NCBI GenBank assembly: GCA_028289605.1
Contig: JANQON010000004.1
Coordinates: 74,547 to 138,546, forward strand
Origin: Hyphococcus sp.
GTDB lineage: Bacteria; Pseudomonadota; Alphaproteobacteria; Caulobacterales; Parvularculaceae
Direction: 5' to 3'
Length of the DNA: 64,000 nucleotides
Made by a program: the position numbers and the translations under genes. Positions 18,565-27,547 of this stretch are shown here, piece after piece. Each line of letters starts with the position of its first letter. The first letter of the stretch is position 1. The notes beneath the pieces are model-generated. The model made no database searches and was not told the DNA's origin. It was given only the letters and a program-made list of their open reading frames with translations.

Positions 18565-20775
18565 ATGGCCGGGGCGATCGGTGCGGCGAAAGACGGCTTT
18601 CTCGACAGGCTGAAACAAGGGCGCATTCCCGCGCCCGTCACAGCGGCGAGCCTCAACGACGCCGGCCTGTCCCGAACCGCCCTCGCCGGCGTGTTTGAAA
18701 GCCAGCTGAAAAGCCGGGCGCTGGATCTCAAAGCGCGCCAGCTCGGCGCTGAAAAACGCGGCTTCTACTCCATCGGCAGCGCCGGTCATGAAGGAAACGC
18801 CGGCCTCGCTCATGTATTGCGCGTCGACGATATCGCGTTTCTCCATTACCGCAGCGGCGCGTTCTACATCGAACGCGCGCGGAAAGTTCCGGGCGAAACG
18901 CCCTTATGGAACATGGCGCTGTCCTTCGTCGCATCATCGGAAGATCCCATCTCCGGCGGCCGTCACAAAGTCATTGGCTCGAAAAGCCTGGCCATCCCGC
19001 CCCAGACCAGCACCATCGCATCGCATCTGCCCAAAGCGATGGGCGCGGCGTTTTCGATCGCATTGGCGCGCACCCAGAAGAAGCCAGACGCGCCGTTGCC
19101 GTTGGACAGCGTCGTTTATTGCAGTTTCGGCGACGCGTCGGCGAACCACTCCACGGCTCAAGGCGCCGTCAATGCAGCCGCCCTCGCCGGTTATCGCGGA
19201 CTGCCCCTGCCCCTCATATTTTGTTGCGAGGACAACGGCATCGGTATTTCGGTGAAGACGCCGAACGGATGGATTGCGGCCAATTTCGGCGCGCGGCCCG
19301 GCGTTCGATATGTGTACGGCGACGGCCGTGACATCGTCGACGCCATACGCGCCGGACGCGACGCCGAACGGTGCGCGCGATTGGCGCGAAAACCTGCCTT
19401 CCTTCACCTGCGAACCGTGCGATTGATGGGGCACGCGGGATCCGACATCGAGAGCGGTTATCGGGAAAAGGCGGAGATTGAACGGGAAGCGGACGATGAT
19501 CCGCTGCTTCATTCGGCGCGGCGCATGATGGAAGAGACCGGCGTTTCCACTGAAGATGTGGAGCGGTTGTACCATGACGTCAGCGCATCCGTGGGGCGGA
19601 CGATGGAAGCGGCCTGCGAGCGGCCGAAACTGTCTTCCGCCGCAGAAGTCTGCGCACCATTAACGCCAATGAAGAACGTCGCCGCGCCCCGCAAAGGCGC
19701 CCTGGCCAAGAATGCGCCGGATGACTCTCGCGCGCGGCAGGAACCGCAGCATATGTCGCGGCTGATTTCACTGGCCCTCGAAGAAGCGATGATGCGGGAC
19801 CGGGACGTTGTCGTATTCGGCGAGGATGTCGCAAAAAAGGGCGGCGTTTACGGCGCGACCACCAGGCTGCAACAGAAGTTTGGTCCGGCGCGGGTGTTCG
19901 ATACAGTGCTCGATGAACAGTCTATTCTGGGCCTTTCGATCGGCCTCGCGCACAATGGCTATATCCCGGTCCCCGAGATCCAGTTTCTCGCCTATGTCCA
20001 CAACGCTGAAGACCAGCTCCGCGGCGAAGCGGCGTCGTTGTCGTTCTTCTCCAATGCTCAGTACGCAAATCCGATGGTGGTGCGCATTGCCGGGCTGGCC
20101 TACCAGAAAGGTTTTGGAGGACATTTCCACAACGATAACTCCGTCGCGGTTTTCCGCGATATTCCAGGCGTGGTCCTTGTCTGCCCCTCGAGCGGCGAAG
20201 AAGCGGTCAAGCTGTTGCGAGAGTCATTTCGTCTGGCGCGACGCGAAGGCCGGCTGGTCATCTTTTTGGAGCCGATCGCCCTGTATGGAACGAAGGACCT
20301 CATGCGCGAGGGAGACGGCGTCATGACCGCCGTTTTCAACGACATCGACGGTCAAGCGAACTTTGGCGAGCCGCATGTGATCGGCGCAGGACGCGATCTC
20401 GCCATCATCAGCTACGGCAACGGAAGCTATTTATCCCGGCGCGCCATGAACAAGCTCGCTGGCGGCGGCGTTGAGGCCCGCCTGATCGATCTGCGCTGGC
20501 TCGCGCCCCTGCCGATAGACGCCGTTATCGATGCGATCGGTCCACGCAAAAACGTGCTCATTGTGGACGAGTGCCGAAAAACCGGCGGGCCCGCTGAAGA
20601 AATCATCGCGCAATTCGCAGATCGCGGCCTGAACTACAATTTAAAACGCATCGCCGGGGTCGATACGTTCATTCCTCTTGGTCCGGCCGCGGATGAAGTT
20701 CTGGTCAGCGAGAACGATATCACCGCCGCAGCGCATGCGCTACTGGGAATCAAGCCCGCGCGAGCCGCGGAATGA
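18565..20775 (+). CDS. 2-oxoacid dehydrogenase E1 component, fused alpha and beta subunits (TPP-dependent)
   Basis: 736 aa. The N-terminal half carries the TPP motif FGDASANHS...CCEDNGIGIS. The C-terminal half is transketolase-Pyr/C-like (VVVFGEDVAKKGGVYGAT...FDTVLDEQSILG). Confidence 0.8.
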   Translation: MAGAIGAAKDGFLDRLKQGRIPAPVTAASLNDAGLSRTALAGVFESQLKSRALDLKARQLGAEKRGFYSIGSAGHEGNAGLAHVLRVDDIAFLHYRSGAFYIERARKVPGETPLWNMALSFVASSEDPISGGRHKVIGSKSLAIPPQTSTIASHLPKAMGAAFSIALARTQKKPDAPLPLDSVVYCSFGDASANHSTAQGAVNAAALAGYRGLPLPLIFCCEDNGIGISVKTPNGWIAANFGARPGVRYVYGDGRDIVDAIRAGRDAERCARLARKPAFLHLRTVRLMGHAGSDIESGYREKAEIEREADDDPLLHSARRMMEETGVSTEDVERLYHDVSASVGRTMEAACERPKLSSAAEVCAPLTPMKNVAAPRKGALAKNAPDDSRARQEPQHMSRLISLALEEAMMRDRDVVVFGEDVAKKGGVYGATTRLQQKFGPARVFDTVLDEQSILGLSIGLAHNGYIPVPEIQFLAYVHNAEDQLRGEAASLSFFSNAQYANPMVVRIAGLAYQKGFGGHFHNDNSVAVFRDIPGVVLVCPSSGEEAVKLLRESFRLARREGRLVIFLEPIALYGTKDLMREGDGVMTAVFNDIDGQANFGEPHVIGAGRDLAIISYGNGSYLSRRAMNKLAGGGVEARLIDLRWLAPLPIDAVIDAIGPRKNVLIVDECRKTGGPAEEIIAQFADRGLNYNLKRIAGVDTFIPLGPAADEVLVSENDITAAAHALLGIKPARAAE

Positions 20776-21800
20776 GAAAGTCCGCCGTCGTCATTTTCCC
20801 GGGCCGCGGAACCTACGGCAAAGAAGAACTTGGGTATCTCAGTCGCCACCACGCTGACAAATTAGACTTTCTCAGCGCAATCGACGATTGGCGCCGCGCC
20901 CAAAACCGCAAGCCGGTGAGCGCATTGGACAGCGCAAGCGTCTATGCCGCATCCAAACACGCATCCAGCATCAACGCCTCGCCGCTCACCTATGCATGCG
21001 CTCTTGCAGACTACGCCTCCATCGACCGAGGCAAATTCGATATCGCAGCGGTCTGCGGCAATTCCCTTGGATGGTATTTGACGCTCGCCGCCGCCGGCGC
21101 CCTCGGCCCCGCCGCCGCTATCCGTCTCGTCGACACAATGGGCGCGCTGATGGAAAAACAAGGCGTCGGCGGACAATTGGTCTACCCATTCGTGGATGAA
21201 GACTGGCGCGCCTCACAACAACGCGAGAAAGCTGTCGCCGACGCGCTGCATGACGGGCGCACGGAAGGCGAAGCGTTTCTGTCCATTCGTCTCGGCGGCA
21301 TGGCCGTTCTCGCCGGCGACGAGAAAGGACTGGCGGCGATGGAAAAGTCCCTGCCGTCGGCGGAAGGGCGCTATCCGTTCCGACTGGCGCGCCACGCCGC
21401 ATTCCACACGCCGCTTTTGCGCCACGTGTCGAACGCCGCCTTTGAAGCGCTGCCTGAAGATCTCTTCGCCGCGCCGCAAATTCCGATGATCGACGGGCGC
21501 GGCGCCGTTTGGACGCCGGCGTCGACGAATACTGACGCACTGTATCAATACACGCTGGGCCATCAGATCGTCGAAACTTATGACTTTTCAAAATCGGTTG
21601 AAGTCGCCGTGAAGGAATTCGCACCGGACGTTTTGATTCTCGCCGGCCCCGGCGCCACGTTGGGCGCGCCAATCGCTCAGGAGCTTATTCGTCATCGATG
21701 GCTTGGCCTTGCGTCAAAAGCCGATTTTTCAGCGCGCCAGAAAAACGAACCGTTTCTGTTGGCCATGGGACGGAGTGATCAAAGAGGGTTGGTCACTTGA
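20772..21800 (+). CDS. FabD-fold acyltransferase (malonyl-CoA:ACP transacylase-like, atypical active site)
   Basis: It aligns by eye to E. coli FabD along its whole length: VVIFPGRGTY, GNSLG nucleophile elbow (21057-21071), AFHTPLL, AGPGATLG. The start overlaps the E1 stop (ATGA). Confidence 0.7.
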   Translation: MRKSAVVIFPGRGTYGKEELGYLSRHHADKLDFLSAIDDWRRAQNRKPVSALDSASVYAASKHASSINASPLTYACALADYASIDRGKFDIAAVCGNSLGWYLTLAAAGALGPAAAIRLVDTMGALMEKQGVGGQLVYPFVDEDWRASQQREKAVADALHDGRTEGEAFLSIRLGGMAVLAGDEKGLAAMEKSLPSAEGRYPFRLARHAAFHTPLLRHVSNAAFEALPEDLFAAPQIPMIDGRGAVWTPASTNTDALYQYTLGHQIVETYDFSKSVEVAVKEFAPDVLILAGPGATLGAPIAQELIRHRWLGLASKADFSARQKNEPFLLAMGRSDQRGLVT

Positions 21801-21802
21801 TG

Positions 21803-21889
21803 TCCGCTCACCCCGGCGAACGCCGGGGTCTCTTTCGACCTGCACCGGATTGCAGGACGAGATCCCGGCGTTCGCCGGGATGAGCGGGA
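21803..21889. repeat. REP/MITE-like palindromic element, copy 3
   Basis: The arms are tccgctcaccccggcgaacgccggggtc (21803-21830) / gatcccggcgttcgccgggatgagcggga (21861-21889). It belongs to the same family as 5076 and 7321. Confidence 0.75.
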
Positions 21890-21922
21890 CAAGAATTCGG
21901 CGCAGGGGATGACGACGCGCCT

Positions 21923-23038
21923 CTACAGCTCCCCCGCAATCTCCGCCATGACCGCCAAGTGCTCGCGCGCGAAAGCGCGGCACCGTTCCGGCGACCAACC
22001 GACATCCGGCATGGGATTTACGTTCGCGTCTTTGAACGGCATTTCGAGCGTCAGGGACAGACACCCCCAAGTCTCGGCGACATAGTTGTTCGCGATGTCG
22101 AGATTGGCTTTGCCCGGCGGCGCAATCGGGTAACCGTCCTTGGTCTGAAAATCTTTGCTGACGTCGAGCATCAGCGCCGAGTAACGGTCGAACAGCTGCT
22201 GATGCCTGTCGCTCCATGAGGGTATGCCCTGCGCGCCGGCCAGAAAATTGTTCGGTATCGCCTCATCGCCGTGCACATCCATAAAGAAGTCCACGCCGGT
22301 CTCGCGCATTCGATTGCGGACGCAATAAACCTCAGGGCTCTTGTCGCTTTTGGTGTTCCGCCAGGCGCGATTGAGATCGACGCCGGCCGCATTTGTCCGC
22401 AAATGACCGCGCCGCGAGCCGTCCAGATTCATGCACGGTATGACGTGAACCGTTGCGGCTTGCCGTAAACGCTGCGCCGCCGCTCCATCGCCGGCGAGGT
22501 CAGGCAGGAAGCCTTCCATCCACCACGACGCCATGGTCTCGCCGGGATGCTGCCTGGCGATGACCCAGTATTGCAGCGCTCCTTCTCCGGCGGTGAAACA
22601 GTCTATTGGCTGACCGTCAATCGTTTCGCCGATGATCTCATGCGTCAGCAACGCATGCGCCTTCGTCTCTTCGATAAATCTTTGATAACGGGCTACAGGA
22701 TAAGCGGCGAAGTAAGCGTAAAAGACGGCGCTCTGTTCCGGCGTGTGACGAATCGACAAAACGCCGTCCGCATAGTCTGTATCGACCCGAAACCAGGTCT
22801 CTGCGTCGTAGGACGCGACCGCGCGGTAATCGGTCCATCCGGGCGCATAGGAAGCGCCGCCGGCGTTGGTGAGCCGCATCGTCAGGTCGACGCCCAAGGC
22901 GTCTTCAACCTTGTAGTAAAACCACTGAAAGAAATCAGCGGCGCCGTCGGCTTTGATTTCCAGCCTTACGTCAGAGGCGCGGTCAGCATTGATCACACGG
23001 ACGTTGCCGTGATCGAAATCGCTTGTAATCGATACCAT
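21923..23038 (-). CDS. M14 zinc carboxypeptidase, cytosolic-carboxypeptidase (Nna1/CCP)-like with N-terminal beta-sandwich domain
   Basis: 371 aa. The N-terminal domain is ITSDFDHGNVRV...FFQWFYYKV. The zinc motif is ARQHPGETMASWW (HxxE), and there is no signal peptide. Confidence 0.8.
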   Translation of the reverse strand: MVSITSDFDHGNVRVINADRASDVRLEIKADGAADFFQWFYYKVEDALGVDLTMRLTNAGGASYAPGWTDYRAVASYDAETWFRVDTDYADGVLSIRHTPEQSAVFYAYFAAYPVARYQRFIEETKAHALLTHEIIGETIDGQPIDCFTAGEGALQYWVIARQHPGETMASWWMEGFLPDLAGDGAAAQRLRQAATVHVIPCMNLDGSRRGHLRTNAAGVDLNRAWRNTKSDKSPEVYCVRNRMRETGVDFFMDVHGDEAIPNNFLAGAQGIPSWSDRHQQLFDRYSALMLDVSKDFQTKDGYPIAPPGKANLDIANNYVAETWGCLSLTLEMPFKDANVNPMPDVGWSPERCRAFAREHLAVMAEIAGEL

Positions 23039-23152
23039 GTTACTCGCTCAGGGATGCCGGACAGCGAAACAAGAGATTCGCCGCCCCGCGAAAAGCCAAC
23101 CGCCTAGCATTTTTCGCAATGCGCGCAACCTGTCTTCAGTGAAAAATCCGGC

Positions 23153-24952
23153 TTAGGTTTTCTTCTCAACGATCGGCGGCGCGATGCGGACATGAACATC
23201 GCGAAGCTGTTCAGCGGACGCAGTCGCCGGCGCCCCAAGAAGTAAGTCTTCGGCCTGTTGATTCATCGGGAACATCGTCACCTCCCGAATGTTTTCCTGA
23301 TCAGCAAGCAGCATGACGATCCGCTCAAGGCCTAACGCGCATCCGCCATGCGGCGGCGCACCATAACGAAATGCGTTCAACATGCCGCCGAACTTTTCTT
23401 CGACGACGTCCGGGCCGTAACCAGCGATGTCGAACGCCTTGACCATGATGTCGGCGCGATGGTTTCGAATGGCGCCTGAGCCAAGCTCATAACCGTTGCA
23501 GACGAGATCGTACTGATAGGCCTTGATGGCGAGATAGTCTTCATCGCTGGTCGCTGCGTCGAGTGCGTCAAGACCGCCTTGCGGCATCGAAAAGGGATTG
23601 TGCCCGAACTCCACCTTTTTGCGCTCTTCGTCCCACTCGTACATAGGGAAGTCCACAATCCAGCAAAGCTCGAACCGGCTTTTGTCCGTGATCTTCATTT
23701 CCTCGCCGATCAGGACACGCGCCTTTGCTGCAACGGGAAGGAAATCCTGGGGCTTGCCGGCGAGAAAGAACGCCGCGTCGCCGGGCTTCATATCGAGCTG
23801 GGTGCGGATCGCTTCAGACCGTTCCGGACCGATGTTTTTGGCGAGCGGTCCCTTCGCCTCAGTTTCGTCGAAGATCATGTAGCCCATGCCCGGCAGACCT
23901 TGCTTTTGCGCCCAGTTGTTCATTCGGTCGCAAAAAGCGCGGCTCCCGCCGCCGGGCGCAGGGATCGCCCTGATCTCGTGGCGCTCATCGGCTTCGAGAA
24001 TGGACGCGAACACTTTAAATCCTGATCCGCGGAAATGATCAGACACCACTTGCATTTCAATCGGACAGCGCAAATCCGGTTTATCTGTACCGTATTTCAG
24101 CATCGCTTCGTCAAACGGGATCAACGGGAACGGATAATCCGTTACCGGACGGTCGCCGGCGAATTTTGAAAACGTATCGCGCGTGACCGGACCGACTGCG
24201 TCAAAAACGTCCTGACGCTCGACAAAACTCATTTCGAGGTCGAGTTGATAAAATTCACCGGCCGAACGATCGGCGCGCGCGTCTTCATCGCGAAAGCATG
24301 GCGCAATCTGATAGTAACGGTCGAAACCGGATACCATGATCAACTGCTTAAAAACCTGCGGCGCCTGGGGCAACGCATAAAACTTGCCGGGATGCAGTCG
24401 CGAGGGCACAAGAAAATCCCTCGCTCCTTCCGGCGACGACGCCGTCAGGATCGGCGTTTGAAAATCTGTGAAGCCCTTCGCTTCCATGCCGCGGCGTATT
24501 TCGCCAATGACATGGGACCGCAGCATGATGTTTCTGTGCAGCGTTTCCCGGCGGAGATCGAGATAACGGTGTTTCATCCGGATGTCCTCCGGATAGTCCG
24601 GCTCGCCAAACACCGGCAAGGGCAGTTCGTCGGCTTCAGAAAGAACTTCGAACGACTTGATCCGCACCTCGATTTCGCCGGTGGGCAGATTGGGATTGAT
24701 CACATCCGCATCCCGAGCGACGATTTCACCTTCGACGCGAATGACGCTCTCCTGACGCACCTGCTCAACGGCAGGGAAGAAAGCCATCTCGGGCTCAACC
24801 ACAAGTTGCGTCAGTCCATAGTGATCTCGAAGATCGACGAACAGCAGGCCGCCGTGGTCCCGTTTGCGGTGCGTCCAACCGGATAGCCGAACGGTTTCGC
24901 CGACGTTGTGCTTGCGCAGCTCGCCGCAATTGTGAGTGCGATAGGCGTGCAT
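23153..24952 (-). CDS. aspS: aspartate--tRNA ligase
   Basis: From [26 protein letters not shown]. Class II motifs [10 protein letters not shown] and [12 protein letters not shown] are present. Confidence 0.95.
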   Translation of the reverse strand: MHAYRTHNCGELRKHNVGETVRLSGWTHRKRDHGGLLFVDLRDHYGLTQLVVEPEMAFFPAVEQVRQESVIRVEGEIVARDADVINPNLPTGEIEVRIKSFEVLSEADELPLPVFGEPDYPEDIRMKHRYLDLRRETLHRNIMLRSHVIGEIRRGMEAKGFTDFQTPILTASSPEGARDFLVPSRLHPGKFYALPQAPQVFKQLIMVSGFDRYYQIAPCFRDEDARADRSAGEFYQLDLEMSFVERQDVFDAVGPVTRDTFSKFAGDRPVTDYPFPLIPFDEAMLKYGTDKPDLRCPIEMQVVSDHFRGSGFKVFASILEADERHEIRAIPAPGGGSRAFCDRMNNWAQKQGLPGMGYMIFDETEAKGPLAKNIGPERSEAIRTQLDMKPGDAAFFLAGKPQDFLPVAAKARVLIGEEMKITDKSRFELCWIVDFPMYEWDEERKKVEFGHNPFSMPQGGLDALDAATSDEDYLAIKAYQYDLVCNGYELGSGAIRNHRADIMVKAFDIAGYGPDVVEEKFGGMLNAFRYGAPPHGGCALGLERIVMLLADQENIREVTMFPMNQQAEDLLLGAPATASAEQLRDVHVRIAPPIVEKKT

Positions 24953-25174
24953 ATGAACCCTCGAGTGCCGTGCCGAAAATCGGGAGGAAATGAGACGCGC
25001 CGGAGTGGCCAACAGCCACCCACATGTCAAGCCCGTCAACGCGCAATCAGGACGCTTTTGGCGGAAAGACCCGCTCTTGCGGACGGTAAAATGTGACTAT
25101 TTTGCGGCGAAGAGCCCTTTTGCATCGCTCCCGGCGCCCTTAAGTATACGCAGTTATCAACTCTGGAGGGGCGC

Positions 25175-26281
25175 GTGACTGAACGACCACCGCTTTTGAC
25201 TGACCTTTTCCGCATGGTGATCAAGATGATCGTCGGCGGCATTCTCATTATTCTATTGTTTTCCTGCGGCGTAGGCGTTGTCGCCGGCGCCGGCGCTGCC
25301 GGATCGAAAGGCAAAGGCGAAGAAGCCGAGCCGACATCCGATCACCTCTATGGCGAGGAAGACAGCGAAAACGCCATCATGCGCGTCAATGTCGTCGGAC
25401 CGATCCTGTCGCACAAAACGGCGGAAGACTCATTTTTCGCGTCCGTCGCCGAGGTGACCTACGGCTATGACGTCAAGGAGAAACTCCTCAAGGCCGCCAA
25501 GAACGACGACATCAAAGCAGTCATGCTGTTCGTGCGCACTCCCGGCGGTTCCATCATCGGCAGTGAGGCGATCCATGACGGGGTGCTCGCGGTCAAGGAG
25601 GCCGGCAAGCCGGTCGTCGCCTATATCGACTCTCTCTCAGCGTCAGGCGGCGTTTGGTCGACAGCAGCGGCGGATAAGATTTTCGCGGACTACGGCAGCG
25701 TCATCGGGTCGGTCGGCGTCAATTTCGGCAACTGGATGTATTTCGAGGATCCCGTTGCTTTAGACGCCGGGCTGTTTGGCGGCGGCGTTGAAACCCGCGG
25801 CGGCGTTCGGACCCAATTCCTGGGCGCCGGCCTCGGCAAGGACCTCGGCAATCCCTGGCGTCCCATGACGCAGCGCGAAATGGACCTGATCAACGCAAGC
25901 GCCGAGTTCTACTACGATGAGTTTGTGAACCATGTGACCGAAAACCGACCCGTCGACCGGGATCGCCTTGTCAATGAGTATGGCGCGATGATCTTTGCCG
26001 ACGGCCTCGCGAAAGACCGCGGCTACATCGACGACATGAAGACATTCCAGGAAACCTTGGATTACATCGCCGGCGAAATCGGCGCTGAAGGCGACGACTG
26101 GAAGCTCATTACCGCGCCTTATGTCAAAAAGTCGCCCTTCGAGGAGCTTTTTGGCGCAAGCATGCGGGCGCTTTCACCGCGTAATCCAGCGGCGGAGCAA
26201 ATCTCGGCCGCCTGCGCAGAGCTGACCAGCCGGCCCGTGGCGATGTCGACCAAGGCGCTCGCCCACTTCTGCGGCGACTGA
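25175..26281 (+). CDS. sppA: signal peptide peptidase SppA (S49 family, 36K type)
   Basis: GTG start, an N-terminal TM segment, and IKAVMLFVRTPGGS...SLSASGGVW, the S49 serine motif. Confidence 0.8.
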   Translation: MTERPPLLTDLFRMVIKMIVGGILIILLFSCGVGVVAGAGAAGSKGKGEEAEPTSDHLYGEEDSENAIMRVNVVGPILSHKTAEDSFFASVAEVTYGYDVKEKLLKAAKNDDIKAVMLFVRTPGGSIIGSEAIHDGVLAVKEAGKPVVAYIDSLSASGGVWSTAAADKIFADYGSVIGSVGVNFGNWMYFEDPVALDAGLFGGGVETRGGVRTQFLGAGLGKDLGNPWRPMTQREMDLINASAEFYYDEFVNHVTENRPVDRDRLVNEYGAMIFADGLAKDRGYIDDMKTFQETLDYIAGEIGAEGDDWKLITAPYVKKSPFEELFGASMRALSPRNPAAEQISAACAELTSRPVAMSTKALAHFCGD

Positions 26282-26302
26282 GGTCGTCTCTTAGAATCGA
26301 CG

Positions 26303-26333
26303 GGGCCCCCGCATTATGCGGGGGCCTTTTTTC
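26303..26333 (+). terminator. rho-independent terminator after sppA
   Basis: ggcccccgc (26304-26312), loop attat, gcgggggcc (26318-26326), then tttttt. Confidence 0.8.
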
Positions 26334-26401
26334 GTCGATTTCGACTGCAAACTGGCCTTAGCCCGTGACGACGGCAAGCGACGCTGTTAGAAGCCGCCGC
26401 T

Positions 26402-27547
26402 ATGCAAATTATTTCGACAACGGAAGACTTGGGCGCATTTGTCGACTCGATCGCCGCACAGCAATTCGTCGCGATCGACACTGAATTCATGCGTGAAAAG
26501 ACATTTTGGCCGATTCTCTGTTTGATTCAGGCTGCAGCCGAGGGCGAAGAGGCCATCATCGATCCCCTCGCCGAGGGCCTCGACCTGTCGCCTTTCCTGG
26601 ACCTTTTGTCAGACCCGTCGGTAATCAAAGTCTTCCACGCGGCCAGGCAAGACATTGAGATTTTCTACCGGTTCACCAGCACGGTTCCCGCCCCCTTGTT
26701 TGACACGCAAATCGCCGCGATGGCGTGCGGTTTCGGCGACCAGATCGGCTACGAACCGCTGATGCGTACGCTGGTGAATGCGAAAATAGACAAAGGATCG
26801 CGCTTCACCGACTGGTCGCGCCGACCGCTCACCAACGCCCAGCTTTCTTACGCGCTGTCAGACGTCACTCATTTACGCGACGCCTACCCGATCATGATTG
26901 ATAAACTAAGCAAGCATGATCGAGCCCATTGGGTTGAAGAGGAGATGGAGTCGCTTCGCAATCCGGATCTCTATTATGTCCGGCCTGAAGACGCATGGCG
27001 ACGTTTGCGTTTGCGGTCCGTCAAGCCGAAGGAGCTCGGCCCGCTAATGAAACTCGCTGAATGGCGTGAACGAGAGTCTCATGCGCGGGACGTTCCGCGC
27101 AGCCGCGTTCTCAAGGACGATGCGCTGTATGAATTGGCGAGAATGCAGCCGACAACGACAAAGGACCTTGGTCGGGCGCGAAGCATTCCCAACGGCTATG
27201 AACGATCGCCTGCAGGCGGCGCCATTCTGGAAGCGATCACGGCCGGCGCTGCGATACCGCGCCAACGACTGCCGGACGTACTCAAACCCGATCGGCAAAA
27301 AGCGCCGAGCGACGTCGTGGAACTCCTGAAGGTTCTCTTGAAGCGGCAATGCGAAAAATATGAAGTCGCCCCGAAACTCATCGCATCAAGCGCCGATCTG
27401 GACGCCATCGCGTTAGGCGATTTAGACGACATTCCGGCCATGAAAGGATGGCGTTTCGAGGTGTTCGGCGAAGCGGCGCTCAGACTCAAACGAGGCGAAC
27501 TCGCGCTCCGACTGGAGGGCGACGCCGTGAATATTTTCGAACCCTAG
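26402..27547 (+). CDS. rnd: ribonuclease D
   Basis: 381 aa. The DEDD exonuclease motifs are VAIDTEFMRE and YALSDVTHL, followed by an HRDC region. Confidence 0.9.
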   Translation: MQIISTTEDLGAFVDSIAAQQFVAIDTEFMREKTFWPILCLIQAAAEGEEAIIDPLAEGLDLSPFLDLLSDPSVIKVFHAARQDIEIFYRFTSTVPAPLFDTQIAAMACGFGDQIGYEPLMRTLVNAKIDKGSRFTDWSRRPLTNAQLSYALSDVTHLRDAYPIMIDKLSKHDRAHWVEEEMESLRNPDLYYVRPEDAWRRLRLRSVKPKELGPLMKLAEWRERESHARDVPRSRVLKDDALYELARMQPTTTKDLGRARSIPNGYERSPAGGAILEAITAGAAIPRQRLPDVLKPDRQKAPSDVVELLKVLLKRQCEKYEVAPKLIASSADLDAIALGDLDDIPAMKGWRFEVFGEAALRLKRGELALRLEGDAVNIFEP

